A stretch of 64,000 bases of DNA from Candidatus Cryptobacteroides sp. (GTDB lineage Bacteria; Bacteroidota; Bacteroidia; Bacteroidales; UBA932). The notes under the pieces were generated by a model. The model made no database searches. It had not been told where the DNA came from and was given only the letters and a program-made list of their open reading frames with translations. Location: the NCBI GenBank assembly GCA_045599725.1, contig JAZRWN010000113.1:1966-65965 (forward strand), given 5' to 3'. Below, one piece after another: positions 37,512 to 47,759 of this stretch (its first letter is position 1; every line of letters starts with the position of its first letter). The translations under genes and the position numbers were made by a program.

Positions 37512-39971
37512 ATGGATATCAAGAAACTGCTCAAGAAATATGGCGCATATGTGGCGGCCGTCATTCTTTTCATTGCCGCGGCATATATTTATTGTTCTCC
37601 GCTGAACAGAGGACGAGTGCTGTATGCTGGAGACATTCAGAACTATATAGGAGCCTCACAGGAGGCAAGGGATTACCTGGAGGACACAGGGAAGTATACA
37701 TTCTGGAACGGTGCCATGTTCAGCGGTATGCCGAGCTACCAGACAGGTATGACCCATTATACCTCGGACAGTCTTCTCGCCCCTCTCACCAACAACATCA
37801 ACCACAAGGGTAATCCAGCGAGGATGCTGATTCTCTATCTTCTCTGCTTCTTTGTGCTCCTCCGTTCGTTCGGGGTGGACAAGTGGCTGAGCATAGCAGG
37901 TGCGTTCGCTATGACGCTGTCGTCTTATTTTCTGGTCATCATCCCGGCCGGTCATTACACGAAAGTCACCACCATCGCTCTCAGTGCCGTGATTATCGCG
38001 GGATTCCATCTGATTTTCCGCAAGAAGTATCTGCTCGGGTCTGTCCTGACGATGCTATTTGTGGCACAGGCATTCAAGCCTCATCCGCAGATGTTCTATT
38101 ATTTCTTCATGCTCATCGGTGTTCTCTGGGTCGCTGAGGCGTGGAGCCACATCAAGGAGAAGCAGTACAAGGAACTCGGCATCGGCACTGCCATCTTCGT
38201 CCTTTCTGTAGCCATCGGCATCGGAACCGGCTGCGCCAATGTGTTCGCCAATGCAGAATATACCTCGGAGACCATGCGCGGAGGGCATTCCGACATAGTG
38301 GCAGAAGGTGCTGATCAGGAATCATCCGCCTCGAAAGGACTTGACCTGGAATATGCCACACAGTGGAGCTATGGAATCGACGAGTCATTGTCCTTCATGA
38401 TTCCGGGCTTCATGGGCGGTGCGAACGGCATTGACGTGGGCAAGAATTCAAAGCTCTACAAGGAACTCGTGGCGAAGGGTGTCCAGCCTTCGAGTGCTGC
38501 AGATTTCTGTAAGTCGGCGCCTCTGTACTGGGGTGACCAGCCTTTCACTGCCGGCAATGTCTATATGGGAGCGATTGTCTGTTTCCTGTTCCTGCTCGGC
38601 CTGCTTATCGTGAAAGGACCGTACAAATGGGGTCTGCTCGTCGCCACCTTGTTCTCCGTCGCCCTGGCGTGGGGACACAACTGCATGTGGCTGACAGAAC
38701 TGTTTTTCAAGTATTTCCCTATGTACAGTAAGTTCAGGGCTGTGTCCTCCATACTGGTTGTGGCGGAGGTTGCGATGCCTCTGCTGGGCTTCATCGCTCT
38801 GAAGGAGATAATGGAAGGAAAGTTCGCAAAAGAATATCTTGTCAAGAAGATATATATAGCCGGAGGAGTCACTGCCGGCATATGCCTGTTCTTCGCACTT
38901 CTGGGTGGCGGTATGTTCAGTTTCACATCTGCTTATGACTCTTCATTTGCGGAGCAGCTCCCGGACTGGGCCTATGCTGCAGTGTGTGACCAGCGCGCCG
39001 CAACGTTGAGGTCTGACAGTCTCCGCTCGGCACTGTTCATCCTTGCGGGCGCGTTCTGTGTCTGGCTGTATGCGAAGGGGAAACTGAAGAATGGGACGCT
39101 CGTCGCACTGATTGGCGCTCTGGTCGTGCTGGACATGTGGCCTGTGGACAAGAGGTACTTCAATGACTCCAACTTCGTCCCGAAGAACAGAGCCGGAAAT
39201 GCGACCTTCGTCATGGAGGATTATGAGAAGGAGATTCTCAAAGATCCTGGTTATTTCAGGGTGATGAACCTTACGGCAAACACATTCAATGACTCCCGCA
39301 CTTCCTATTTCCTGAAATCCATCGGAGGTTACAGCGCAGTCAAGCTTCGTCGTTACCAGGACCTTATAGACCAGCATCTCAGCCAGTATCATTGGCCTGT
39401 GGTCGGCATGCTCAACGCCAGGTATATCATTCTGCCGGGCGATGACGGCAAGCCGAAGGCTCAGTTGAATCCGTATGCCCTCGGCAATGCGTGGTTCGTG
39501 GACAGACTTCTGATCGCGAAGAATGCAAACGAGGAGTCAGACGCGCTGAACAATATTGACCTCAGCCATGAGGCTGTTCTGGACGAGTCTTTCGCTGAAT
39601 ATGTTCAGAATTTCGCCCCTTCTGTTCCTGCTGGCGCATCTGTCGTGCTGAACAGTTATGCTCCGGGAGAACTCGATTATACCAGCGATTCGTCCCAGCC
39701 GGGAACCGTTGTTTTCTCCGAGATTTACTATCCTTACGGATGGAAGGCCACGATAGACGGGCAGAGTGTCAGCCACTACAGGGTGAACTATCTGCTCCGT
39801 GCTGTCAATGTGCCTGCAGGCAGACATAACATTCACTTCGTCTTCGATCCGGACAGTGTGCACAAGGGGAATGCCATCTCCATCGCATGCATTGTCATCA
39901 TGTACCTGCTGACCCTCGCGGCGATAGCATGCGGAGTCCTCAGCCTGGTCAGAAAACGAAAGGAGTCATGA
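37512..39971 (+). CDS. YfhO-family polytopic membrane protein (GT-C-like)
   Basis: WNGAMFSGMP, HPQMFYY, YWGDQPFTAG, SIGGYSAVKLRRY, FSEIYYPYGWKA...RVNYLLRA; over 12 TM helices. Confidence 0.88.
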   Translation: MDIKKLLKKYGAYVAAVILFIAAAYIYCSPLNRGRVLYAGDIQNYIGASQEARDYLEDTGKYTFWNGAMFSGMPSYQTGMTHYTSDSLLAPLTNNINHKGNPARMLILYLLCFFVLLRSFGVDKWLSIAGAFAMTLSSYFLVIIPAGHYTKVTTIALSAVIIAGFHLIFRKKYLLGSVLTMLFVAQAFKPHPQMFYYFFMLIGVLWVAEAWSHIKEKQYKELGIGTAIFVLSVAIGIGTGCANVFANAEYTSETMRGGHSDIVAEGADQESSASKGLDLEYATQWSYGIDESLSFMIPGFMGGANGIDVGKNSKLYKELVAKGVQPSSAADFCKSAPLYWGDQPFTAGNVYMGAIVCFLFLLGLLIVKGPYKWGLLVATLFSVALAWGHNCMWLTELFFKYFPMYSKFRAVSSILVVAEVAMPLLGFIALKEIMEGKFAKEYLVKKIYIAGGVTAGICLFFALLGGGMFSFTSAYDSSFAEQLPDWAYAAVCDQRAATLRSDSLRSALFILAGAFCVWLYAKGKLKNGTLVALIGALVVLDMWPVDKRYFNDSNFVPKNRAGNATFVMEDYEKEILKDPGYFRVMNLTANTFNDSRTSYFLKSIGGYSAVKLRRYQDLIDQHLSQYHWPVVGMLNARYIILPGDDGKPKAQLNPYALGNAWFVDRLLIAKNANEESDALNNIDLSHEAVLDESFAEYVQNFAPSVPAGASVVLNSYAPGELDYTSDSSQPGTVVFSEIYYPYGWKATIDGQSVSHYRVNYLLRAVNVPAGRHNIHFVFDPDSVHKGNAISIACIVIMYLLTLAAIACGVLSLVRKRKES

Positions 39972-40879
39972 TTTCGGTCATAATTTGCACATACAACAGG
40001 GACAAGTATATCTTCAATGTTCTGGAAAGCCTCGCAAAAAACGACTTTCCCCGTGACAGGTATGAGATAGTCCTGGTGGACAACAACTGCACGGACAACA
40101 CCTCATCTGAGGTCGAGCGTTTCAGAAATGCATATCCGGACGTGAGTCTCAGATACTTTGTCGAGACTCAGCAGGGGCTTTCCTATGCCAGGAACAGAGG
40201 AATATCCGAGGCCAGCGGTGATGTGCTGGTGTTCCTGGACGATGACGCTTTCACGGAGACCGATTATCTGTCAACATTGTCCCGTCTGCTGGTGGCACAT
40301 CCGGAAATTGACTGCTTCGGCGGTAAGATCACACCATTGTTTGAAGATGGCAAAGAACCCGGTTGGCTTTGCTCATGGACCATGTCATGGGTTTCTGCTC
40401 TTGATATGGGAGAGATTCTTGTTCCTTTCAGAAAAGGGTATCCCATTGGAGCCAACATGGGTTTCCGGAAAAGTGTTATCGAAGCATGTGGCATTTTCAA
40501 CACTTCTTTAGGGAGAAGCCACAAGAACTTGATGGGAGGGGAGGAGAAGGATATCTTCATCAGGGTGAGGAATGCTGGCTTTTCAATATATTATCTGCCA
40601 GGGATTGGAGTACATCATGTCATTCCTGCTTACCGTACTACTGATGATTATGTGAAACGTCTCGGTCAAGGGGTCGGGGCGAGCGAGAAACTCCGCTGCA
40701 AGGCGGAAGGAGGCTTCTCATATTTCAAACGAATTGTCTCGGAAGGCGTGAAATGGGGCGGAACGATAGTGCTGTGGCTGAAATACTTTATAACATTGAA
40801 GCCTGAGTGCGGCAACAAACTTGTCCGTTTCCGCTGGAATGTTACAAAGAAACTTATTGGACATGAAGCCGGCGCTTAG
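39968..40879 (+). CDS. GT2 glycosyltransferase
   Basis: ISVIICTYNR, VDNNCTD, GLSYARN, FLDDD, GANM, GGEE; ATGA overlap with yfhO. Confidence 0.92.
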   Translation: MISVIICTYNRDKYIFNVLESLAKNDFPRDRYEIVLVDNNCTDNTSSEVERFRNAYPDVSLRYFVETQQGLSYARNRGISEASGDVLVFLDDDAFTETDYLSTLSRLLVAHPEIDCFGGKITPLFEDGKEPGWLCSWTMSWVSALDMGEILVPFRKGYPIGANMGFRKSVIEACGIFNTSLGRSHKNLMGGEEKDIFIRVRNAGFSIYYLPGIGVHHVIPAYRTTDDYVKRLGQGVGASEKLRCKAEGGFSYFKRIVSEGVKWGGTIVLWLKYFITLKPECGNKLVRFRWNVTKKLIGHEAGA

Positions 40880-41891
40880 CATAATTGTCCCTGTTTTCAG
40901 GGCGGAAGAGTATATCCGCGAATGCGTAAACAGTATTCTGGCATCTGACTTCAACGATTTTGAACTGATTCTGGTCGATGACTGTTCTCCTGATGCAAGT
41001 GGAAAGATCTGTGATGACATCGCTGCAGACTGTCCTTGTGTACGTGTTCTGCATCAGCCTGCTCGAGGAGGAGTCAGCAAAGCTCGCAATATCGGAATGA
41101 ACTATGCTTCTGCGGACTGGATCACATTCGTTGATGCAGATGATCTGGTCATGCCGGATTTCTTCTCAAATTTGATGAGAGAAGTGGAGAGAGACCCGGA
41201 AACAGACTTTGTCCAGGCAGGGTGTACATATTACAGACAAGGCAGGCCAGCTGGCATAGCTCAGGAATATAAATATAACTCAGGGACCGATCCTGCATAT
41301 CTGTTGAAGAATTTCCGAGGGCTGACATTTTCCAAACTGTTCAAGACAGAAATTCTGAACAACTGGAAGGACGGTTGTCCATTAAGGTTTGATGAACATA
41401 TTCCTACAGCTGAGGACATGGCATTCACCCTTGATTATATCTTTTCAGTCAGGAAGTATGTATTCATTCCTGAACGTGGATATCTGTATCGTCAGGACAA
41501 CACCCAGTCCATCACTCACTTGAACCGACCTGTTGATTATGACAGGGCATACCATGCCGCCGTGAGGATGAATGAAAGTTTGAACGATTACCGTGACAGA
41601 TACGGGATTTCCGATGAAGACTGCCAGTTAAGATTCGCTCAAAGAGGAATAGGCTTCTTCAGCGCCATAGCCTCCCTATATAAGAACAACCTCCCTCGCG
41701 ATGAACGTATTAAGCATATCAAGGAGGATTATTCTGACGACATGATAGGCCTCATCCGTGTGTCCATTCCGCTGGAGCCAAGCAAAGTCAGGCGTTTCCT
41801 TTCGCGTCTGTTCTGTCTTCGCAGACCGGCAATCTTCGATTTTTCAGCCTTTGTCTGCTATAAGGTCAAGGCCATTGTCTCGAAGTTCTAA
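40863..41891 (+). CDS. GT2 glycosyltransferase
   Basis: SIIVPVF, VDDCSPD, GVSKARNIG, FVDADD, AED. Confidence 0.92.
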   Translation: MKPALSIIVPVFRAEEYIRECVNSILASDFNDFELILVDDCSPDASGKICDDIAADCPCVRVLHQPARGGVSKARNIGMNYASADWITFVDADDLVMPDFFSNLMREVERDPETDFVQAGCTYYRQGRPAGIAQEYKYNSGTDPAYLLKNFRGLTFSKLFKTEILNNWKDGCPLRFDEHIPTAEDMAFTLDYIFSVRKYVFIPERGYLYRQDNTQSITHLNRPVDYDRAYHAAVRMNESLNDYRDRYGISDEDCQLRFAQRGIGFFSAIASLYKNNLPRDERIKHIKEDYSDDMIGLIRVSIPLEPSKVRRFLSRLFCLRRPAIFDFSAFVCYKVKAIVSKF

Positions 41892-42085
41892 TTCTTCAGG
41901 ATATATTCATAGACAGTTCCTTTCCTTGCTGTCAAATCGCGGTCCGGAAACTTGTATGAGAGTTTATGAATGGTGGAGTCCATTGTATGCTTGTCGCTGA
42001 TCCATCGTATAGGGAACAGGTATTTTGTGGCTTCTTTCAGACAGAAGTACAGTCCCTTGCTCTTTAAAGACTTGATGATGTTCAC
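41888..42085 (-). pseudogene. 65-aa mini-gene, probably an internally deleted capsular polysaccharide synthesis glycosyltransferase
   Basis: GTGA-coupled to the tagF-like stop; C-terminal IHKLSYKF...TVYEYIL resembles Caps_synth C-termini (from memory); no catalytic core. Confidence 0.5.
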
Positions 42086-43287
42086 TGTGCTAAGTTTTTA
42101 GGATTCTTTTTAATGAATGAAAGGAGTCTGGAACTGGAATCATATGTTGCAGATTCTCCCCAGAAACGGTCCAGAAGCATATTTCTTTTGTCTTCATCCA
42201 TATTTCCTGCCCCATTCCTGACTATATCCAGCAGGTTTTCAAAAGTGTATGCGCGTTCTCCGATGACATTTTCGTCAAAAGGATAGTAGAAATCTCTTTC
42301 CTTGACATATTCATCGTAATCATACAGATATAGGATAACGCTCTTTCCCGGCATCAGGATGTAGTCATACAGTATCGAGGAATAGTCTGTGATGAGTGTG
42401 TCAGCGAATGGAAGTATAGGGTATACGTCGGTCTTCGAGTCTATAAGACGTATGTTGGAGAAGACTCCGATATCATCCTTGATCAGAGTATTTGTATGAG
42501 GCTTGAGCAGAAGCAGGTCGCCGTTTGCCTTCAGAACATCGTTCAGCACTGTCAAGTCCATGTTCTGCACAAAGACATCTCTCTGTGAGTCTCTCCATGT
42601 AGGCATGTAAATGTATGTTTTCCTGAATGCTGCAGTCTCTTCAATGAGTTCTGCTGTGCTTTGAGGCTCGTACTTCCGTACGAACTCCTTGATTTCATTC
42701 TCCGGCTTGTTGAGTATGGTGTTTCTCGGATATCCGAGTTCCAGACACTTTTCTTCTGGTATTCGGAAAGCTTTGGCGAACATCGATGTCTGGAATGGTG
42801 CGGAGGTCAGCAACCAGTCCGGTCTGCGGAACGATTCGGGATGGAAGAACACTTCCTTGAACTTCTTGTGTATGAATCTGTCTGCAAGCGGACCGGATGT
42901 CGTGTTGAACTCAATTCTCTTGAGCCCCACTCCGTGCCAGAGGTTCACGCAGGTGGCGCCTCCGGAGAGGCAGAACATGATGTCCGATGTGTATGAATTG
43001 AAGAACCAGTATTTTGATGTCAATGCGAACAGAGCACCTTTAATGCTTGTGCTTCTGTATGCCTTGAATCCCAACTCCCGGACTTTTTGTACAGTGTCCC
43101 CGCTGGCGGATATCCATGCAATGTCAAGGTCCTTCTTATTCTCATTGGCATAAATGAAAAGGTATTTGGCGTTGTCATTGAACGCCCCTCTGAAACTTCC
43201 GAACGCCCAACGCTTCTTCTTCCTCGGGAACAGGAAGGAGAACGGATATATGATGTAGCAGATTATGTATGCCAGGGTTTTAAGCAT
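42082..43287 (-). CDS. CDP-glycerol/ribitol polyol-phosphate transferase (TagB/TagF family)
   Basis: NLWHGVGLK, GYPRN, YMPTWRD, KPH, LITDYSSI; true start ATG 43287. Confidence 0.9.
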   Translation of the reverse strand: MLKTLAYIICYIIYPFSFLFPRKKKRWAFGSFRGAFNDNAKYLFIYANENKKDLDIAWISASGDTVQKVRELGFKAYRSTSIKGALFALTSKYWFFNSYTSDIMFCLSGGATCVNLWHGVGLKRIEFNTTSGPLADRFIHKKFKEVFFHPESFRRPDWLLTSAPFQTSMFAKAFRIPEEKCLELGYPRNTILNKPENEIKEFVRKYEPQSTAELIEETAAFRKTYIYMPTWRDSQRDVFVQNMDLTVLNDVLKANGDLLLLKPHTNTLIKDDIGVFSNIRLIDSKTDVYPILPFADTLITDYSSILYDYILMPGKSVILYLYDYDEYVKERDFYYPFDENVIGERAYTFENLLDIVRNGAGNMDEDKRNMLLDRFWGESATYDSSSRLLSFIKKNPKNLAQ

Positions 43288-44035
43288 CCTGAATGAGTGT
43301 GAAATTTCCGAAATAATGTTTGTACCAGTCTTTGCCTGTGACCTTGTAGTAAATCTTGTGAAGCATGCCTCCGGGGAATTCCGCCCAGGTGTGGGCGAAA
43401 TGATGGATGGCGATGGTGTTGTCAGTGACTTTATAAACAATTTTCCCTTTCCCACCGTCCAACCACTCCCGGCCGCATAGCCAGTCATTAGGCAGAATGT
43501 ACAGTTTCGTCTCGTCATGGACTATTCGTTCTGGTGTCTCAACCTTGACCCATTCGTATCTGTTTCTCAGCAGTTTGTCCATGATCTTCGGGCTGATGAG
43601 CAGGTCGTATGTGCCGTCTTCTTTGATGAAATGCCTTCCGTCATAGTAATCCAGCGCGTCCTTGATCCACCAGGTGCCTTTTTCTGCTCCGAAAACAGCG
43701 ACTTCCAAGTGTGTCCCCAGGCATTCTTCGCCAACAAAATATGGCTTGTCCAAAAGACTGTCGAACGATTTCATCACTTCCACATCGCTGTCGAGATATA
43801 TTCCTCCATAGTTGTATACCGCATAGAAACGGATGTAGTCAGCTACAAATGCGTATTTCCTGGCTTCAAAAGCTTCTTTTGTCCACGGCAGTGAATTGAC
43901 ATCAAAACGATTGGTGTCCCATATCATGATCTCATAATCAGGAAGATGCTTCTTCCATGTGGAGATGCATTTCTCAATTTTTTCCGGATATGGGTCTCCG
44001 CTGAGCCAGCAAAGATGTATTATTTTCGGTATCAT
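43280..44035 (-). CDS. GT32-like DXD glycosyltransferase, copy 2
   Basis: IPKIIHLCW, YAFVADYIR, GGIYLDSDVE, HHFAHTW. Confidence 0.9.
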   Translation of the reverse strand: MIPKIIHLCWLSGDPYPEKIEKCISTWKKHLPDYEIMIWDTNRFDVNSLPWTKEAFEARKYAFVADYIRFYAVYNYGGIYLDSDVEVMKSFDSLLDKPYFVGEECLGTHLEVAVFGAEKGTWWIKDALDYYDGRHFIKEDGTYDLLISPKIMDKLLRNRYEWVKVETPERIVHDETKLYILPNDWLCGREWLDGGKGKIVYKVTDNTIAIHHFAHTWAEFPGGMLHKIYYKVTGKDWYKHYFGNFTLIQDA

Positions 44036-44784
44036 ATGCTTTGAATAAGGTGAAAATTCTCATAATAATGCTTTCTCCAGTTTTTCCCTGTCAACTTGAA
44101 ATACAGTTTATGGAGAGGCCCACCGGGAAATGCAGCCCAGGAATGGGCGAAGTGATGGACGGAATGTGTATTCTCATTCACATAATATAAAGCAGCCTTG
44201 TTCTCTTTCACTCTCTTTCTACCGCAGAGCCAGTCCAAAGGCAGAACATATAAACGGCTGGGATCTCTTGTGATTTCAGAAGGAGATGAAACCATGGTCC
44301 TTTTATATTGTGTTGATAGAAATCTGTCGATGAGTACAGGGCAGACAGTGATTTCACAAGATCCGTCTTCTTTGATGAAATGCTTGTCGTTGTAATAGTC
44401 CATTGCTTCTTTGACCCATGGCGTGCCTTTCTCAGCTCCGAAAACTGCCACTTCAAGGTTTGCCCCCATGTTCTCTTCTCCTACAAAATATGGGAGGTCA
44501 AGCAGGTCATCAAAGGATTTCAACACCTCCACGTCGCTGTCGAGATATATTCCTCCATAGTTGTATACCGCATAGAAACGGATGTAATCAGCTGCAAAAG
44601 CGTATTTCTTAGCTTCGAACGCTTCTTTCGTCCATGGCAGTGAGTTGACATCAAACCGGTCCGTGTCCCAGATCATGATTTCATAATCAGGAAGATGCTC
44701 CTTCCATGTGGAGATGCATTTCTCAATGATTTCAGGATACGGATCTCCGCTGAGCCAACACAGATGTATTATTTTGGGAATCAT
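44032..44784 (-). CDS. GT32-like DXD glycosyltransferase, copy 1
   Basis: IPKIIHLCW, YAFAADYIR, GGIYLDSDVE, HHFAHSW. Confidence 0.9.
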   Translation of the reverse strand: MIPKIIHLCWLSGDPYPEIIEKCISTWKEHLPDYEIMIWDTDRFDVNSLPWTKEAFEAKKYAFAADYIRFYAVYNYGGIYLDSDVEVLKSFDDLLDLPYFVGEENMGANLEVAVFGAEKGTPWVKEAMDYYNDKHFIKEDGSCEITVCPVLIDRFLSTQYKRTMVSSPSEITRDPSRLYVLPLDWLCGRKRVKENKAALYYVNENTHSVHHFAHSWAAFPGGPLHKLYFKLTGKNWRKHYYENFHLIQSI

Positions 44785-44806
44785 TGTATGCGTGGATTTA
44801 TTTACA

Positions 44807-44843
44807 CAAAGTTACTTTTTTCTAAACAAATTGAATAACTTTG
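44807..44843. promoter_or_regulatory. Back-to-back divergent -7 boxes (TAACTTTG on both strands)
   Basis: CAAAGTTA 44807-44814 and TAACTTTG 44836-44843 between the divergent GT32 and tarI-like genes. Confidence 0.65.
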
Positions 44844-44861
44844 ACGAAATAACTTGAAATA

Positions 44862-45569
44862 ATGAATGTCGCGATCATCATAGCGGGAGGAGTCGGAAGC
44901 CGTATGGGGCAGAATATCCCCAAACAGTTCATTGAGGTGGACGGCAGGACAGTCCTCTCCTATACTTTGGAGGGATTCCAGAACCACCCTCTGGTGGATG
45001 CCATTGAGGTGGTCTGCATCAAGGGCTGGGAGGATGTAGTCCTCAAGGACACAGAGAAATACGGCTTCTCAAAACTGAGATGGATCACTGAGGGTGGGGA
45101 CTCCGGTCAGGAGTCCATCAGGAACGGAGTGTTCAATCTGGAGGACAAATGTTCCCCTGATGACATCGTGATCATCCATGATGGTATCAGACCTCTTGTG
45201 GACCGTGAAGTCCTGACGGATGTCATCAACACCGCAGCCAGATTCGGCAACGCCGTGTCCTCGCTTCCTTACAACGAGCAGATTTTCGTGGTCGACGGGG
45301 AGGATCCTTCCACGACCACTCGGTTCATACCTCGCGAGACTCTTCGCCGCGTAGCCACTCCACAGGCATACAGTTTCAAACTTCTTGACGAAAAGTATCA
45401 TGAGGCGTTTGAGACCGGTGTAGGCATCAAGGGGTCCCACTATACGAACACCATGATGGTAGAACTGGGAGTTCGCCTGCATTTCGCCGCAGGCTCGGAC
45501 AAGAACATCAAACTCACCACTCCGGATGACCTTGCCATCTTCAAGGGGTATCTGGCCAGATACAAATGA
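44862..45569 (+). CDS. IspD/TarI-family cytidylyltransferase
   Basis: IAGGVGSRMG, PKQF, IHDGIRP, TPQ, NIKLTTPDDL. Confidence 0.9.
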   Translation: MNVAIIIAGGVGSRMGQNIPKQFIEVDGRTVLSYTLEGFQNHPLVDAIEVVCIKGWEDVVLKDTEKYGFSKLRWITEGGDSGQESIRNGVFNLEDKCSPDDIVIIHDGIRPLVDREVLTDVINTAARFGNAVSSLPYNEQIFVVDGEDPSTTTRFIPRETLRRVATPQAYSFKLLDEKYHEAFETGVGIKGSHYTNTMMVELGVRLHFAAGSDKNIKLTTPDDLAIFKGYLARYK

Positions 45570-45570
45570 T

Positions 45571-46614
45571 ATGGAACTGAACAAGAAACACCCTCTTTAT
45601 CAGGAAGACCTTCAGAATGTCCTTTCGGTGAAAGGGCTTGGCAGACTTGCAGGGAAAAGCATTCTGATCACAGGAGCAACCGGCCTCATAGGTGTCCATC
45701 TCATTGATGCTCTCATGCTTTTGGGAGAGTGTGAAGTCTTTGCGACCGGAAGGTCAATGGAGAAAGCAGCAGCCCGTCTCGGAGAGTACTTCGACCGCCC
45801 GGACTTCCATTTCATCGAACAGGACTCGTGTGAGCCTTTTGCCGATGACCTCAAAGTGGACTACATCATCCCTCTGGCGAGCAACACACACCCGCTGGCA
45901 TACTCGAAGTATCCGGTCGAGACCATCATGACAAACATCAAGGGTGCGGAGAACGCTCTGGAACTCGCATCACGCTGCGGTGCAACGGTACTCTACCCGT
46001 CATCAGTAGAGATATATGGCAATGCGTGCAGCGATGATAACTTTACGGAGGACTACACAGGGAAACTCAATCTTTCGACGGCGAGGTCATGCTATACCGA
46101 GTCCAAGCGCGTGAGTGAGGCGATGTGTCAGAGCTATGCTTCGGAAAGGGGAGTGGACGTGAAGATCGCAAGGCTCAGCCGTGTGTTCGGGCCAACCATG
46201 CTGCTTTCTGACACAAAAGCCAGTTCCCAGTTCATAATGAATGCGATAGCGGGCGAGGACATTGTTCTGAAATCGAAAGGCGAGCAGTACTTCAGCTACA
46301 CTTATGTCACAGATGCCGTGGCCGCCCTGCTCCATATCATGCTGAATGGAGAGTCCGGACAGGCATACAATGTATCGAATGCCGCCTGTGACACCACTCT
46401 GAAGAATTTTGCAGGGATATGCGCGGGTTGCTGTGGGAAAGAAGTCATCTTCGACCTCCCGTCGGAAACTGAGCAGAAAGGCTTCAGCATCGCCATGAGA
46501 GCCATATTGTCAAATGAAAAACTGCTAAAGACCGGATTTACACCAGTATATGGGATTAAAGCCGCAATAGAGAGAACTGTAACTGTCCTGACCTCGAAAC
46601 AGTCTATTTCATGA
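45571..46614 (+). CDS. NAD-dependent epimerase/reductase (extended SDR), probable CDP-polyol pathway partner
   Basis: ITGATGLIG, SSVEIYG, YTESKR, YTYVTD; directly after the tarI-like gene. Confidence 0.85.
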   Translation: MELNKKHPLYQEDLQNVLSVKGLGRLAGKSILITGATGLIGVHLIDALMLLGECEVFATGRSMEKAAARLGEYFDRPDFHFIEQDSCEPFADDLKVDYIIPLASNTHPLAYSKYPVETIMTNIKGAENALELASRCGATVLYPSSVEIYGNACSDDNFTEDYTGKLNLSTARSCYTESKRVSEAMCQSYASERGVDVKIARLSRVFGPTMLLSDTKASSQFIMNAIAGEDIVLKSKGEQYFSYTYVTDAVAALLHIMLNGESGQAYNVSNAACDTTLKNFAGICAGCCGKEVIFDLPSETEQKGFSIAMRAILSNEKLLKTGFTPVYGIKAAIERTVTVLTSKQSIS

Positions 46615-47759
46615 TTACTGTTTTACATATAGTGCCTACATTGAGCCGGGCTGGAACAGAATTGTTCGTCATGAACAATTTCAGAATGATGGACAGAACC
46701 CGATTCAAGTTCAAATTTCTGGCTATGTCCAGCGAATACACGAATCTGGAGTCTGAGATTATCAGCCTGGGAGGCTCTGCCTATTACTGTGATCTCTCTT
46801 TTTCCCATATCGCCAACCTTTCCAAGAGTGTCAAGCATTTAGCCTCTCTGTTAAGAAGTATTGACTACGATATCCTGCACTGTCACATATGTAATAGTTG
46901 TGGCCCGATATTTCTGGCTTCATATCTGGCGGGTAAAAAGAACTGTGTCGCCCATTCTCATTTTTCCTGTTACAGCCCCCAGACCGGTGGCATTTTCAGA
47001 CGCTTCATTTATAAGAAGTTCCTGCCCTATGTCACTTTGAAATGTGCGGATGCTCTATTAGCCTGTTCAGATGAGGCGGCAAAGGCATTATATGGACCGG
47101 ATAAGAGCTGTGTACTTGTGAAAAATGCCATTGACATCGATAAATTCGCGATATACGATTATCCGGGGATAGATGCTTTGAAAGAGGAATTACAAATTCC
47201 CCCTGGGGTGAAAGTTTATGGTAATGTGTCGCGTTTTGAAAAGCCTAAAAACAATCCGTTTGTAGTTGATGTGTTTAACGCTATTCATAGCCGAGATAAA
47301 TCATCGATGTTGATTCTCGTCGGCAAAAAGAGGGATCTGTACTCAGAAACTGTCAGAAAAATTGAGGAATATTCTTTGCAGGACAGTGTCCGGATATTGG
47401 ACCAACGTGAAGATGTGCATCTTCTGCTTCAATTGATGGATTGCGTCATATTTCCGTCCCAGCATGAGGGATTTGGCTTGTCCATTGTCGAGTCACAGGC
47501 TGCCATGACCCCGGTCATATGTTCGGATTGTCTGCCTCATATATCCAATATGGACTTGGGCCTGGTCAAATATGTCAGTTTGTCTGATTGTCCTGATAAG
47601 TGGGCGGATGAGGCAATGGCAGTAAAAAAGAAGGTCATTGACATAGACATTCTCCATTCAGCTTTTGCTCTACACGGTATGGAACTTAGGTCAACAGCTG
47701 AGCTTCTGGAAGATATTTATTCAAGAATTCTTGTTAAATATTCCTTTCCAGATTCGTGA
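46611..47759 (+). CDS. GT4 (GT-B) glycosyltransferase, EpsF-like
   Basis: AGTE, HSH, ACS, KN.PF, FPSQHEGFGLSIVESQA. Confidence 0.9.
   Translation: MITVLHIVPTLSRAGTELFVMNNFRMMDRTRFKFKFLAMSSEYTNLESEIISLGGSAYYCDLSFSHIANLSKSVKHLASLLRSIDYDILHCHICNSCGPIFLASYLAGKKNCVAHSHFSCYSPQTGGIFRRFIYKKFLPYVTLKCADALLACSDEAAKALYGPDKSCVLVKNAIDIDKFAIYDYPGIDALKEELQIPPGVKVYGNVSRFEKPKNNPFVVDVFNAIHSRDKSSMLILVGKKRDLYSETVRKIEEYSLQDSVRILDQREDVHLLLQLMDCVIFPSQHEGFGLSIVESQAAMTPVICSDCLPHISNMDLGLVKYVSLSDCPDKWADEAMAVKKKVIDIDILHSAFALHGMELRSTAELLEDIYSRILVKYSFPDS

Noticed and set aside
43288-43518. N-terminal extension of the TagF-like ORF
   Set aside because: Alternative frame inside the GT32 gene; ATG 43287 overlaps the GT32 3' end, as expected for coupling
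44807-44843. Inverted repeat as an invertible (phase-variable) promoter
   Set aside because: The 8-bp repeat is just two divergent TAACTTTG -7 boxes; the enclosed 21 nt holds no promoter and no invertase is adjacent
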